Origin: Takakia lepidozioides
Taxonomy: Eukaryota > Plantae > Bryophyta
Direction: 5' to 3'
NCBI GenBank assembly: GCA_030704615.1
Contig: CM060732.1
Span: 52,700,001 to 52,764,000, forward strand
DNA length: 64,000 bases
Numbering within the stretch: the first letter of the stretch is position 1; the number at the start of each line of letters is the position of its first letter. Shown in pieces: positions 37,092 through 50,359 of this stretch. The notes under the pieces are model-generated. The model had not been told where the DNA came from. It saw only the letters and a program-made list of their open reading frames with translations, and searched no databases. A program made the translations under genes and the position numbers.

Positions 37092-37745
37092 GAAGCAAGG
37101 TTACACAACAAAAGGGCGAGTGGAAAGAGCAAGCAACGCGCGAGAGGAGGACCAAACACACGGATCTGACACAAAGCAGCTCTCATCCAAAGCTTGTACA
37201 CCAAAATCACATATACACTAATACCCGAGTACACCACCCTGACCTTGTGTCAGGGCGCCGTCTTTATACAAAAGCCCTAGCTTTAGTGGCCCGCCGCGTG
37301 GCGAGGCGTCACAAGCCGAAGCCCACGGCGCCGCCTTGTAGCCCTGGATCTGATGAAGGGCCAGGATCGAGCCACCAGCCAAAACTAACTTCCCTAACCT
37401 AGATATTATTGTAACGGTTTAACGGCTTTATACGCCCAAAAAAATATACTATGATGTGTATGGCCGTTTTGGATGAAACAGGCCATTTCAAATATGGGGC
37501 TTTACACCCTTGAGAGCTTTATTGAAGGTTATTGAAGGGAAAAAGATTAAAACGCTTATAGTAAGCCCGAAGGCTCATTTTTATGTAAAGGAGTAAAAGC
37601 CTGAACTTGACTCCCTTTTATAAAAAAGCATACTGATAAATTGAAGTCCTTAAAGGGACGGACTCGCCCCCTTAACCTTTTTTATGAAAGGCAAGGCGGG
37701 GCGACGAGAGCGCCAGGGATTCTGGAAAGCAAGCGAGGCTTGGGG

Positions 37746-38609
37746 ATGGAGATGGTTGTGTTGCAAAGCAAGATGGTGGAGGGGGGTTTGCGGGGCGTTG
37801 TGGAATGGTGGCACCGGGTGGACACATCCGAGGAGTGGCAGACGCGCATCTTTGGGGGTCTTGCAGTTGCTTACGCGGTCATCGCTCTTATTGCCCTGAT
37901 CCAATTGATTCGGATTGAGTTACGAGTGCCCGAGTATGGCTGGACGACACAGAAGGTGTTCCACCTTCTCAATTTCCTAGTTAATGCAGTTCGAGCTGCT
38001 GTGTTTTTCTTCCGGAAAGATGTGCAGGCACTGCAACCTGAGATTTTTCAACATGTCCTTCTAGATCTTCCAGGCATATTGTTCTTCACCGCGTATACTC
38101 TGCTGGTCTTGTTCTGGGCTGAAATATATCACCAGGCACGCAGCCTCCCGACAGATGGTTTGCGTCCAGCCTTCTTAATAACCAACGGGGCCATCTATTT
38201 CATCCAGGCTTGCATCTGGATATATTTATGGTGGACGCCAAGTTCAGTGATGATGACCATTGCAAAGGTCTTCTTCGCTGTTGTGTCACTAATGGCAGCA
38301 CTTGGCTTTTTGCTGTATGGAGGAAGGCTGTTTCTTATGCTCCGACGATTCCCCATTCAGTCCAAAGGTCGGAGAAAGAAGCTTCGCGAGGTTGGATGTG
38401 TGACAGCGATCTGCTTCACATGTTTTACAATCCGGTCTATCGTTATGGCGTTCTCTGTTTTCGACAAACAAGTGGATCTAGATGTGCTTTACCATCCAAT
38501 TTTGAATGCCATTTACTACACGCTTGTGGAGATCATACCTTCAGCACTTGTTCTCTACATTTTGCGCAAACTGCCGCCCAAGCGTCTGCCGGGTCATCCA
38601 ATCAGGTGA
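37746..38609 (+). CDS. TOM1: Tobamovirus multiplication protein 1/3 (TOM1/THH1, DUF1084) family membrane protein, intronless, 287 aa
   Basis: [95 protein letters not shown]; first in-frame ATG at 37746. Confidence 0.93.
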   Translation: MEMVVLQSKMVEGGLRGVVEWWHRVDTSEEWQTRIFGGLAVAYAVIALIALIQLIRIELRVPEYGWTTQKVFHLLNFLVNAVRAAVFFFRKDVQALQPEIFQHVLLDLPGILFFTAYTLLVLFWAEIYHQARSLPTDGLRPAFLITNGAIYFIQACIWIYLWWTPSSVMMTIAKVFFAVVSLMAALGFLLYGGRLFLMLRRFPIQSKGRRKKLREVGCVTAICFTCFTIRSIVMAFSVFDKQVDLDVLYHPILNAIYYTLVEIIPSALVLYILRKLPPKRLPGHPIR

Positions 38610-39864
38610 CGCGGTTGGATACGGTGTCCATGGAGGTGTACAAATATTTAGGTATGCAGCAGTTCATTGGACACCCATTGTCTGTCCTCAAATGTATGGG
38701 AAGGTTTGTGGAATGCAAATCTCTAGAATGTAGATACAAACATATGGAAGAGGCACACATGGAGACCAACTGGTAGAGATCAAATCTGTGCTCGGTGTTT
38801 GTGACTTAGTTTTCCTAGGATGTACACAGGTAGTGAGGAAATGCAAAGATCATTTTCTCAACAGGTCTTCAGCTAGGCACCAAGATTCGACCTGCGATCG
38901 CCACTCAATGGTTTTGATAGAGTGGAGAAATTGTCAAATTTTTAATCAGATTAACTGTATCTGTACATACATTTGCATTTTGCACAATGCGAAAAAATGG
39001 GTGACTCCCTGGTATAAAAGTATAGTACCTAGGCACAAGGTGTCGGTGAGGAGTCACCTCTCAAAGTTCTGCCGCCCTTTCACTCATAGTTGTAGAGTTC
39101 GAAAGGTCAACCTGCAAATGGGAAATGTGTAAAATACTCGTCCCATGGGCCCTCCCCTTCCCCAGTCGCACCCCAGACATTCCAAATGATTCTTCAACAT
39201 ACATGTCAACTATCTTTGGCAAGGTCATGAGGTCACGCCACACTTAGTTGACAGCATTACCCATGAGCCAACGGGGAAGCAGACTTCCAATGCGAAACTC
39301 AAATGTAATTCTACCCAACCTCCTCCCTCCAAAATCAAGTAAGAATATCATGGGCTCACAATTTACTGGTCATCTACAAACTGCCACTTGCTTATGCCTG
39401 TGAACATCAATTGGTCCTGCCTCTATTCTCACCTTCATAAGCGCCTACGACTGCGCACTTCATCGTCTCTGTACCCACTTCCACCATAAAGCTCTTTCCG
39501 AGCATCCCCACGGAAAAGCCAATTGTCTCTGCCTTTTTTCTGAGAATCAGGTGTCCCTTTCTCTTTCTTGTTAACCTCCCTAGGAGACTCCCTTGCTTGC
39601 TCCCCAACTGCTTCATTCCCTCTACCATCATACAGGTTTTTCCGAGAGTCCCTGCGGAAAAGCCAATTACTGCCTCTGTTCTTATGATCAGGTGTGCCTC
39701 TGTCCTTTGGAGACTCTGCTGCTTGTTCCAGACAAGCTAGCTCTGCTCTAACTCCAACCATATCACCATCTGCAGTAACCAGCCAAAGCACATCAGAATC
39801 CTGTAATGCAGATTTGAATTGACCTGACTTCTTGTTAAGATATACGCCCGAAAGACAACAGGAA

Positions 39865-42800
39865 CTATGAAGCGATGCGTGTACCTTGTAAAAGTTGGGA
39901 ATTTTTGCCCAGATCTAATTCTGGAATAGATTCGATGTCTAATTTCCCCGAGTGGTGGTGGCCTGGCTCCTGTCCAGTCCTGTCCTTGGTTCCTTTTAGC
40001 ACCCTTCTGCCCTTACTATGCACTGCCAATGTACGAAAAATCTCATAATCATCCACTTCGACTACCTTTTCATCCACATCAACTACTCCTGCCTCTTTGG
40101 AACCCATTCTTGCTCTTTCCAAGGGGGAGACTCCACTGAGCCCCTGTATTCCAGTTGTTTCTGACTTTAGAACAGTGTGACCGGCAGCCCCACTGACACC
40201 TATATCATCTGTCTCCAGCGTGGCTAGCACTGTTTGCGCATCTTCTACAATATGGGATCCGCGCCTTGCTTTCTGGACGATTCGAGTAATTAACATATTT
40301 CCCAGGAGCTCCTCAGCCTCAGACACCAGGGTCTCTCCAGAAAACGTATCACCGTCCGCACCGGAGGTATCAACACTGCAATTTTGCTCCAACTCAGATA
40401 CCCAAGATTGGCACTCCCAATCAGACCCCATAGCTGGACCAGGCATCTCTGCCCTCATCAAACCCTCCCAGTGGGCTATCTTCTCCAGTACTGTTGGGCT
40501 CAGTTCTGCCGACCGCCTCTCCAGTGAAAGGGGTGGCTGCTGACCTGCCACAATCTGCAATGGGCCTTTAGGAGTACTGAAGATCCGTTGTTTCCTGGGG
40601 AGAGAGCTGTCAACTGGGGTGTTCAACCCTGCGCGACCAAACCCTTCTCTCTTCCAAAGATTATGGTCACTAGGTGCCACAAACTGACACACAGGCCCTG
40701 TACTTGTGTCTACATACTTGACAGAGCATGGAGTGCTGCTAGTTCTGTACTCAGGAATCTCTCCATCTGAGACTTCAGATACAGAGTTTGATGGCTCTGG
40801 TGCTTGAGCATGTTTCACACTAGCTTTACAACTCTCTGGCCAGTACACATATGGTTCCTTTTTGTCCTCCTCCAAGCTGGGTTGACCATGGGTGGCCTCC
40901 AAATTCAATGGGTCCCTTTTGTTGGCGTGAGATGCCAGCTGCATTGCCCTCTGAAATGCTACGATTGAGGCTGATTCTCCATCATGGGAAGGTGCCCCAG
41001 TCACTGGGTCAAGGGCATGATCCCAGCCATCGGACATTGAGACTGCACTTGAGAAACCATAAACACTTGGAGTGTTGCTACCCATGTCAGAGCTTTCAGA
41101 AAACTCGTGGGAATCCAGACTTTGAACAGAATTTCCAAGCAACTTCTGAGTCTGGGAATCTTCAAAAATTGGTTTGCACTGCACGGAGGCTTGCATAGTC
41201 TTCTCACTTGGGGGAGGTACCTCTCCGCCATCCAGCATGGCCCTTAGAAACTCATCACAGACATTCTCATCGGGAAATTCGGCACCCCCATGTTTCTGTA
41301 GCAGTTGTACAGAAGCAGTCAACATGTCACAACAGGGATAAAACCCAGAAAAACCCGAAACAGAGGCAAACAAGAGTAAGGACACCACCAGCCCCATCTT
41401 TCATTTCCTTCACATAACTTTCAGCATATTGTTCCTAAGCACATCGCATTTGTGCACTCAGTTGACAGTACCCACAAGAGTAAAGGACAATAGAGAACAC
41501 TGCAGAGTTCCACCAGAAGAAAAATCTTTTGGAGCCACCTTGATACAGGTTTCAGAAAGGCCTTTCTTTCCAGACATAGGTGCTTTAAATTCTATTTTAA
41601 CCTGCAACTGCAAAACTGACTTTGATATTACCAAATCAACATGTATGCCAAATTTGCCCCTTCAACAAGGGAAACTCATACTCATAGTTGCCAACCATAC
41701 CTGCTCAGCAACTGCTGTATCAGGTTCATCCAAAGTCCTGTTTCTTTCAAACCCGTCCTCTTCCTTTCCTGGTGCGTTGGGTATCAAAATGCTGCCAGTT
41801 GATTCATCAGATTGTCCACGACAATCACCTGAAGCCTGAAGAGGAAAGTGAAGACTTTCCTGGACTTCTACCAGGTTGCTGCTCTGCAGAGCAATTTCGA
41901 TCTGAACATTTCTGTCACTGGATGACATGGGCCTCTCAAAGAAAACACCCCCACCAGTGGGAGTCAATGGACTCAAAGGTTCCTCACCTGCACAACCCAA
42001 AACCACCAATACACCCACCCACCTGTAAGACAAGGTTCCACACATCCAGACTTGGCTGTTTTTGTGGTTGTGTCCCTTGCCAGTTCAAGTGATGTGTTTC
42101 CCATGAATTGTTCTTCTCCCTTACAGTCCATTTTACTTTGGAGCATTACAACCACAGCGATCCTTACAAGTGATTAGAAGAAAAAGAGGAATTAGTCCTC
42201 TCGTATGCCAGACCGAAAACACATGCCACTGAATAGTAAGCAACACTGTAATCTACTCAAATCTGGTGGGACACAACTTCAGAAGGCCGCATGGTCAGAG
42301 GAACTCAACTAGCACATTGCAGGGCCCAACACACCTCAGAACACACAAGACAGATCTAATGATGGTAAACAAGCATCAGGTAGACACCAATTAGGGCCCA
42401 GTTTCCTGCCTGAGTGGGTGGACGTTATTGATCCTTCAGTCAGACGCTTCACCCGTTCCTTCCATAGTTGCAGCTCCTTCTCTTTAATTTGCAACTGTAT
42501 CTGTGCTATCTCCAATTCCTCTTCAAGCTCTGAGATGAGTTCTTCTTGCCGTGTTGTCTGTAACATTAGAATCATATGCCCATAAAAAGAGTGGACTGAG
42601 TGAGAAGCTTCCCACGTTGCTTCAACAAGAGCCATTCATGTGGTGTGACAAGAACTAGAAATGCACTTGACTCTTCACTTCATGATGCTGCAACCCAGTC
42701 AACCCTGAATAGCATATGAACTTTCAACCATTTCAGTATCTTAAATTCCAATAGATTGGTATGACTTTCAAGAACTTTGTGACCTTTATCTCAGCACAAT

Positions 42801-45800
42801 TTAGAATTATTCTATAACTGGAAGATGGTATTCACCTGGAGCTCACGTAGCAATCGAGTAAGCTCCCGTGGGGAAACAGCATAGTCATTCAGGCAAGCCA
42901 CCTCATGTGGGCCTGAGTGATCGTCCCCATCAGATTCATCCAACCGGGCAGGTAAGCCTATCACTGTCAGATCACCATGCACCACATCTGCGACCCCATC
43001 CAAGTCCAGCTGCACCATACTCCTCACACTGTCAGATATCCTGTGTCTGTGTCTCTACAACCCTTAATCCCTGTCCTACTTGCGGTGAGAATAACATGTA
43101 GCAAAAACTGAGTTCAAATGTTCATGGGCTGTCACACACACCCACATGATAGAACAGAATGTACTCATGAGACATTGTTTGCCGTAGCCTTGTGGGCATA
43201 GACCCTAAGCCCAGTTCGGACAGCAACATAGGGACATTTGTGAGGGGCACACTCTGACTTACCTTTGTAAGACAATTAGTCAAGCTTTTCAGAAGAGAGT
43301 GTTATACACACATCTCAGCAGACATACCTCATCAACATTGGAGAACTGTCTCTGCAACTCTGGAGGGTCGCCCCCTGTCAGGTGCTCCAGTTCAGCCTCT
43401 AGCTGAGCCTCCAGTTCAGCCATTTGGTCCCCTTGCTGTGTTGATGCATCCACAGTCACTAAGCTCTGGTCTTCACTCGCTGTTTCTTCCCCAATATCTC
43501 TATTTTCTCCATTCGGAGAAATCCCAGCTGTATTGGTATCTGACGCCCTCTCATCTTTATCCTCCTGCTTTCCCGATAGGTTTGAACACTGACAGGGCCA
43601 AAAAGCAACTTGAATAAGTAGGAATCCAGGTGTCCGCTTCAGTGCTGATGAGTTCCTTATGCAAGATTGTTCTTTGTTGCTCCTCTATCCCCCCTTCTTC
43701 CCATGCTTCCTGAGTAGCTCACACATCATACAGCTCGGTCATCATAACCAGGCATTCCCACAACAATTAAGCAACCATGCCACGGACACATTGTATCTTT
43801 TGTCTACAGAAAGTTTTAAGTTTCAGTCAACATCACCGTGTGTCGGCCAGATATCGGGATTTGTCGATCACACCTTGTAGGCAGCACAAGCCAAGTTTGA
43901 TGCCTTCCCACTAAATTGAAAATTTTAGAGCATATGACTACCAATAGAGTCAAGACTAGGCACAACAATCCCACCGGCTTCAATGTTTATGGTCCTTACA
44001 GGCAGGATACAAAGAACAAGCCCCAAACAGTAACGATGATTGCATCGAAAGAATCAACAAACTTACATCTGCATTGCTTTGCTCCCCACCTAACTTGGAA
44101 AGGCAATTTGCATTAGGCACAAGGCCTCCCCTACTCTCTAGCTCCCACTTCAAATCCTCCAGTCTAGATTCTGCCTCCTTCAGCAACTGGCATAGTTTCT
44201 CAACCTCAATCTTGTTTGAGTTGGCCATGGACATGACCCCAATGCCCACTCCAAAACTGAATAATAGCCCCTCCATCGAAGATATTGCCCCATCTGCTTC
44301 ACACCAGAGAAATTGGTTGGAGGGGAATCAATGTACTGCCAATCTCTGTCCCTCCCTTATGCTCTAAAACATGGACCCTCAGCAAGGCAGTCAAGGCCAT
44401 GGTCTGGAAAGCAAAGTCTATTCAACACATCATCAACCTCTCTCATTAATATGTATGGCGTATAGTCACTCTGCTTCTCAAGTATGTTAGGCTCAAAATC
44501 CTGTCACAAATGGTTGATGTCCTGAAAGATGATCCCCACAGATCACCTGAAATGTACTTACAGTTGTCAAAGATGAAATATTTGGTATGGTTACCTTCGG
44601 AAGTGATGCCATCAATGTCTACATCAGAAGACGGAGCCAACACCTTCCGCATGTGAGAAATTTTCCGTTTCTTGAGAACAACTGGAAATAGTGCTTTCTT
44701 CCACCAGCTACCACCAACATTGTCTCCAGTAAGAGTCACTCTTGCCTCTTTACCTTCACACCCCTTAGTCCTGTCATCTTTGCTGTCTGCAATCACAGTA
44801 GCACTCAGACTCAAACCCGTATTGCAATCTCTTCTCGGTTGCTTGTGGAAACATGGAAGCCCCACCACAATCGCAGCATTTGATGTCTGTCCTTCCTCGG
44901 TTCTGACAGCGCTTTGATCAACTTTAGCAGAACCCTCTATGTTTTGATCAAAATCTGGAGAAAAAGGATTCCCATTCAAGTAGCCAACAATGTTCACATC
45001 TTCATACTTTCCCACAGATGGTACTCCTTCCTTAACTAGGGAAGAAAAGTTGAGAGGCCGAGAGACACGCCTTCCTCGTTCCCTATCACTGTCGTCGAGG
45101 AACTGAGCTCTAAGGCAGCTCTCTAATGATGATACAGGTCTTGGGGAAGCCCGCAGGCCCCTAGCTTTCCGGGCGGTAGATCTCCCTCGACCAGGCTTGC
45201 TTGGAGTTCTTGTCCTCCTTAGAAGCTTTCCTCTCCATCGATCTTCTGTCTCTGGTTGTCCGAAGAACCCAGTGGTGTCAAACCCCAGGAGGCGATCAGA
45301 TTGACCCAGCAACCCCCATGTGAAAGAATTTGGATGCATGTCTGCACTCTCTGGAGCCCTCTCATCTCCTCTGCTTCCATCTTTCATCCTCTTACCAGAG
45401 AAAGCCCCTTGGCCTTGGATCATCTCATTGTCATCGCAAAAAGAGCTCTTATGTGAATCCTGTGGGCGTTTGCCAGTTAGAAATGTTAAGGAGACTCTTC
45501 CTCTACCCCCCATGTTGCCTGCCTTACTTGATTTGGCCCCAGAGGACGAGACTCCTACCACATCTGGTACATATGCTTTCACAAGTTTCCTTTTCTCTCT
45601 CCTCTCTCTTGATCTCCTTACAACTTTTTGAGCCTGAAACTCATAATATGCTCCTGACTCTGAAAAACTGCTTGAGGATGCTCTGCTATGGTAATCGTTT
45701 TTTGCCTCCAAATCAGCCTTTGCACCCCTGGTTTCAACACCTTCCGCTTCTTTCAAACTTACAGACAAATCTATGCCCTGGAGAGCAGGGCATAGAACCT

Positions 45801-46690
45801 CAGAAACAACTAGGACTTCAGGCTCACTTTTGAAAAGCTCTCGAGGTGGCAGATGTCTCAAGGTTGAACTCAACTCCTTACCAACTTCCTCCACATCCTC
45901 ATCCCAGATCCTACCTGCAAGTTGAGCATATAGCTGTGTGTTACTCTCAACTGGTTCTATAGGATCCCCTGCATCAGGAACAGAGCCTTCATGTACAGGG
46001 GAGACTCCCACCACAGAGTCTTGTGTGCAAACAGCCCCATAGGCATGTTTGTCCACTACTGCCGGGCCACAAGAAGTAACACTGTTCGCAGCTGAAAGAC
46101 CTGCCCTATCTCTCCTGCCAAGAAGCAGCCTTTCAAAACTGCCAGTTCCAGCTAAAACCCTGGATCTTGCTCTTGAGCCTTTACTATGGGCTTCCCTCGG
46201 GAGTACATCTGCTGGACTATCATGGATTCCCCTTACCTCCTCAGTAGTCTTTCTTCCTTTCCAATGTGCTGGTAGGGTGTTAATCCCATTCAGCCTACAG
46301 GAAGTCCCCTTTGAATCTTGCACACTCTTGTCATCAGTGCACGATTCCTCATTCAGCCCTGGACTTACTTCAACGATGTCCGCAAGCTCACTGCATAAAC
46401 CTCTTCCCCTGAAAGACCCTCCCTTTTCCACCTCCTGACTTGTCTTTTTTGTGAAGCCCTTGGTGGGGAGGGACTTACTGCGCCAGATCTTTGAAGATGG
46501 GGATCTTTTTGTAGGTGGGGATTCTACTGTTGCCTGCAAAAGCGTTGAATGCAACCGGTTTGACCATTCATCAGGGCTCTCAGGAACAATACTCTTACAG
46601 TCACTGGGGCTTCGCTTTCACAGCATGCCGCCAACATGTCACAAGATAACCTGATCCTGCAGTCACTAATAGCAGCCATATGTCTCTCTT
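39865..46690 (-). CDS. POLAR-like coiled-coil protein (multi-exon)
   Basis: Phase-consistent exons: about 46617-44595 (RPVSSLESCLRAQF), 44293-44067 (LLFSFGVGIGVMSM..NKIEVEKL..LEDLKWELE), 43588-43328 (MAELEAQLEAELEHL), 43009-42836 (YAVSPRELTRLLREL), 42557-about 42410 (RQEELISELEEEL..KEKELQLWKE); less certain exons at about 42164-42022, 41988-41700 and 41296-39865. Confidence 0.8.
43152..43217 (-). mobile_element. Short non-LTR retroposon 3' fragment in an intron (family also at 54613-54683 and 59300-59490)
   Basis: Shared core tactcat.agac.ttgtttgccgtagccttgtgg.cat.gaccc; TTCT-type tail on the minus strand. Confidence 0.6.
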
Positions 46691-48244
46691 AAATCTTCTG
46701 CAGCTTGGCACTCAAAATATCTTCCCAAACTTACACAGCCTCAAGGCATCCCCAGCCAAGGCTACAGGTCCACAATTTTCTTCAAAGTTGGGTTGGGTTG
46801 GATATGTATTCAATTTTACTTCTGTCTACCACCAAACTACATCAGAGAACTTGCTCTGGGGGATGGCTGTCCCTGAAATAGCTCGCAGGTCAATGAATCT
46901 TAGAAAGTTTCTTCCAAAGCGGACTTTTGTCTGTATCCTACCTCAGCCCAACACATCTTGAACTGGCACTCTTCCTTCCTCCAACCAAGCCAATGTCCCA
47001 ACTTCAAAATGCCTTCCCTACCAAATCAAACTCACCAAAGACTAGCAACTCTAATAACCACTCTTCTCTGTGCAACAAGTTCTTCACACCTCTCTCTTGC
47101 TGGAGTTTCCTCCCATTCATCACTGACCCCGCCTCTGACGTCTCTGTAGTGAGAAGGTCACTTCCGGGAGCTTTGGCTCAGTCCTCTCCAATGAGGCCTT
47201 CCCCTGCCCAGAGGCACCACACATTTCAATCACTACTATCGCACCTTCTCCCATGACTAAACACGCAATCCCAGTATTAGAGCACCTAACATTATACCTC
47301 CTTAGCTCTGTTATGGAAGGACTGTATTTCGTCGTTAATCCAAATCACCAGTACAAATTCTGCATTTCACACATTACTCATTGCAGTCGAAGAATTGACA
47401 CAGAATCCAGCTCATTGTATAAATTTGAACACACTGTACACTGCTGGCACCTTCATATGCTTCATCTGTCGATGAGAGGCTATTAAACACAGCATGTTTC
47501 AAATATGCACCAATGATCAAGATCGACTTGGAACCACGAAACGCATCCTCTCATCAGGTGTACACTATCCAACATAACTACCTGCTTCAAAGTAAGCTAC
47601 CTATTGACAAGTGAATGCACAGAAATTGCACTGTCTGCTTGTCGGTAATGCAGTTCGCCTCCCAAGAAACAAAAGAAGCATATGTGTCACAAGGTGCACA
47701 GGAAGCTACCACAGAAAATGTACACTATTCCTTATCATATGGAGGCAGAGCAGGCCACAGCAGACTGCAAACATTGCAGCTGGCAGCCGAGGAGGAACAG
47801 CAAGCCAACATCGTACACAACATCAACACATCCCGATGAAATGAACTATGTAAAACGGCATAAAACCCGCTATCTGCCCCCCGGGCTCTCAATCACTCAT
47901 TAATGAATTTACAACAGCGAGCCACGCCTCTCTTCCTCGCTTGCCCCGACCATGCCCTGCACAGGAATTACCTCGAAGACACAACCAACGCGGCACTTCG
48001 CGCACTCCAAGCTGCTCCGGTTACCGATTCGCTCGTCTCTCACTTTCCTCCACCTCCACAGTTCACAAACACCGCCTCTCTCCCGGCCCTCCGAGCTACG
48101 GAAAATCTTTACAGTTACTCCCACTCCGCCTGCAGCAACCACCACAGAGGCACACTGCTCCTGCGGGATCTGTGTATGATTCTTGTGGCCCCACGGCTCC
48201 TCCACTCCCTCTCCCTCCTCTCTTTCTCTTTCTCTGCCTCTTAC

Positions 48245-48450
48245 CTCACACTCGTGCTTTCCGGATGCTGCACTTTTGCACCATCATCAGATAGCCCTCC
48301 CGTGGCGGAGCGCGCAGGACGCAAGCGCATCGATCCCAGCTCCTCCTCTTCTCTCGCCTCTTTGACTCCCCTTCTTTCCTCCCCGATTTTCCCCGCCCTC
48401 TCTTCACTGCAAAGTTCCACTCATCATCTCTCTTTGCGCAAACAGACAGT
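48245..48450 (-). promoter_or_regulatory. Probable 5' exon/UTR of the POLAR-like gene
   Basis: GA-rich leader ending in a canonical donor GTGAG|GTAAGA at about 48245. Confidence 0.35.
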
Positions 48451-49627
48451 TGCCATTTGCGCAAATCCCTTGCTTCCTCCTGGACGACAGATTTGCCCCC
48501 ATGGATGCATAACGGCCAATCGGGATGAATCTCTCTCGATCATGGATGAATACTCGTCCTCACAGATGGCCACATCCGCTCATAGACGGCCATGAGTGCA
48601 TCTAATTATTCCCCCGCTCCCCCTAAACTGTCCGTAAGAAGTAAAAGGCCCATCCGCATATATCCCATAATGTTTGCGCATAACTTATCCGTACTTTAGA
48701 ATATATATATATTCTAGCGTCTTTAGTCTTTACGCGCGTGGGGTGCCTGTAGGTAATTCCCATGCCTCTTTGTTGAAGAAAACCGGTGGAGGCCTTGCAA
48801 TCTCTTCTTTTTGGGTTTTTGCAAGAAAGGTAAATTTAAGGGAAAAAAAACAAAAAGAAGAAAGGGACGGCAGGGCTGGCTAGATCGTTTTGAAACGATG
48901 GAAAATAATCTTTGGAGAGCCAGGGCGAAGGGTGACCATAGTATCGATGGTCCAAGAAATATAGCAATACCGCAACAAGATTCTAGGAGAAGAGGCACGG
49001 AATGCTCCTCAAAGTCCGAGATTCAAATGCGTGTCGTGGTTTTTCTGATGCAACCAGTTAATATTCTCGTCCAACACCAATGGGGATCGGGATCCTCTAG
49101 TCATTTAGGAAGACTGGAGGACCATAGAGACCCCGGTGCAGATGAGGCCTCTCCATCGCCATGAGTCGTCAATTATTGAGGGTTGTGCGTTGGTTCTCCG
49201 CAAAGAGGAGATATTGTAAAAGCCGGTTAAAAAAGTTTTTTTTTTTGGTGGACTAAGAATTAGGATTAAGAATATGTCTATTAATAACTATTTCTTCGAT
49301 TATCCTCATTTTTCTGCAACTTTTTTTAATAAAAAAGAAATGGCACAGATGCCCTGTTAATCAAATAAAATGGCAAGGAAAACATAAAGGCTTGCGGAAG
49401 CAAACAAAAGGGATCAGTTTTCTGCACCTAACATTCAGATAAAATAAAAATAGATGTATGTTTAAACTGGTTCACCCAGGTGAATCTGGGTTCAAATCCT
49501 GTTACCTAGTTTCCTTCCGGGCCCAATTTAAGGGGCCTGATATTGCTTCCCCAAGAAGAAAATAAACTGAAAACAAAAAGAGAAAGGTGTGATTATGTGG
49601 ATTAGTGCAAACCCTAATGGTAATTAC

Positions 49628-49955
49628 CAGTGTTGGGCGGATAAGAGTCATCAGGATATCAATAGCAGGATATCAACCTGGATATCAATGTATCTGGACC
49701 CGGAACCGACATTTTTTAGTATCCGGGTTAGATGCATAACCGGTGGATATGAAAATACGAAAAAAAAAATCCTATACCCGGCCAATACCCATCAATATCT
49801 AGCGGATCTCAGCCCTAAACTTAATAACCGGATGCATATCCGGATCCGTTGTTTGTCATGTTGGTAATACCCGGAACCGACGGATATCTAAAACCAAAAG
49901 TTTTTAATATCCATAACCGGCTATATGAAAAAAGGGGTAGATCTGCCCAACAGTA
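49628..49955. mobile_element. Decayed hAT-like MITE
   Basis: Left TIR CAGTGTTGGGCGGAT, right ATCTGCCCAACAGTA (12/15); degenerate 8-bp TSD GTAATTAC/CAAATTAC; internal ATCCGG/CCGGAT repeats. Confidence 0.6.
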
Positions 49956-50359
49956 CAAATTACTCCAAGTGACTCTTGTCTGTAAGCTTGAAGAAGGGGG
50001 AAGGTAAGATTACTTGAGGTAAAGAGTTTGGCATGTCCACCTCAATTTGAACGCCGGTAAGCTCTATTTCCCTTACTTTCACACGTCTTAAAGGAAAGGG
50101 TAGCCCTTTAAAAAAATAAAGAAAAGAAAGGAAACAGTGAAGGTGGGTAGAGCCGTTGAAAGCAACGGTAACTCTACTGCTACCCGGCGTTGACCGTTGA
50201 ACCGGGTATTCCGGTTATTATGACCGAGCTTCCCGGTTCCTTTATTACAGCCAAAATTGGATGGATGTCTTTACATCCGATAGGTCTATCATCTCATATT
50301 ATAATATTTTTCATCCCTCAGTCAGGACATCCACATCCACAGACATTGCAGGATCTTTT

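Larger units (their letters stand above)
9461..37506 (-). mobile_element. Host Ty3/gypsy-like element D (overall span; interrupted by AB and C and by inversions)
   Basis: Pieces join into one order: upstream ORF, gag (35589-33886, 22518-22478), zinc knuckle (15570-15410), protease-N (22184-22477), protease-C/RT/RH/INT-N (15571-18416), INT-C (10535-9777); terminal inverted repeat TGTAAAGCC...GGCTTCACA. Confidence 0.65.

Noticed and set aside
47903-48595. 230-aa plus-strand ORF
   Set aside because: Low-complexity CT-rich sequence antisense to the probable 5' region of the POLAR-like gene; no domain recognised
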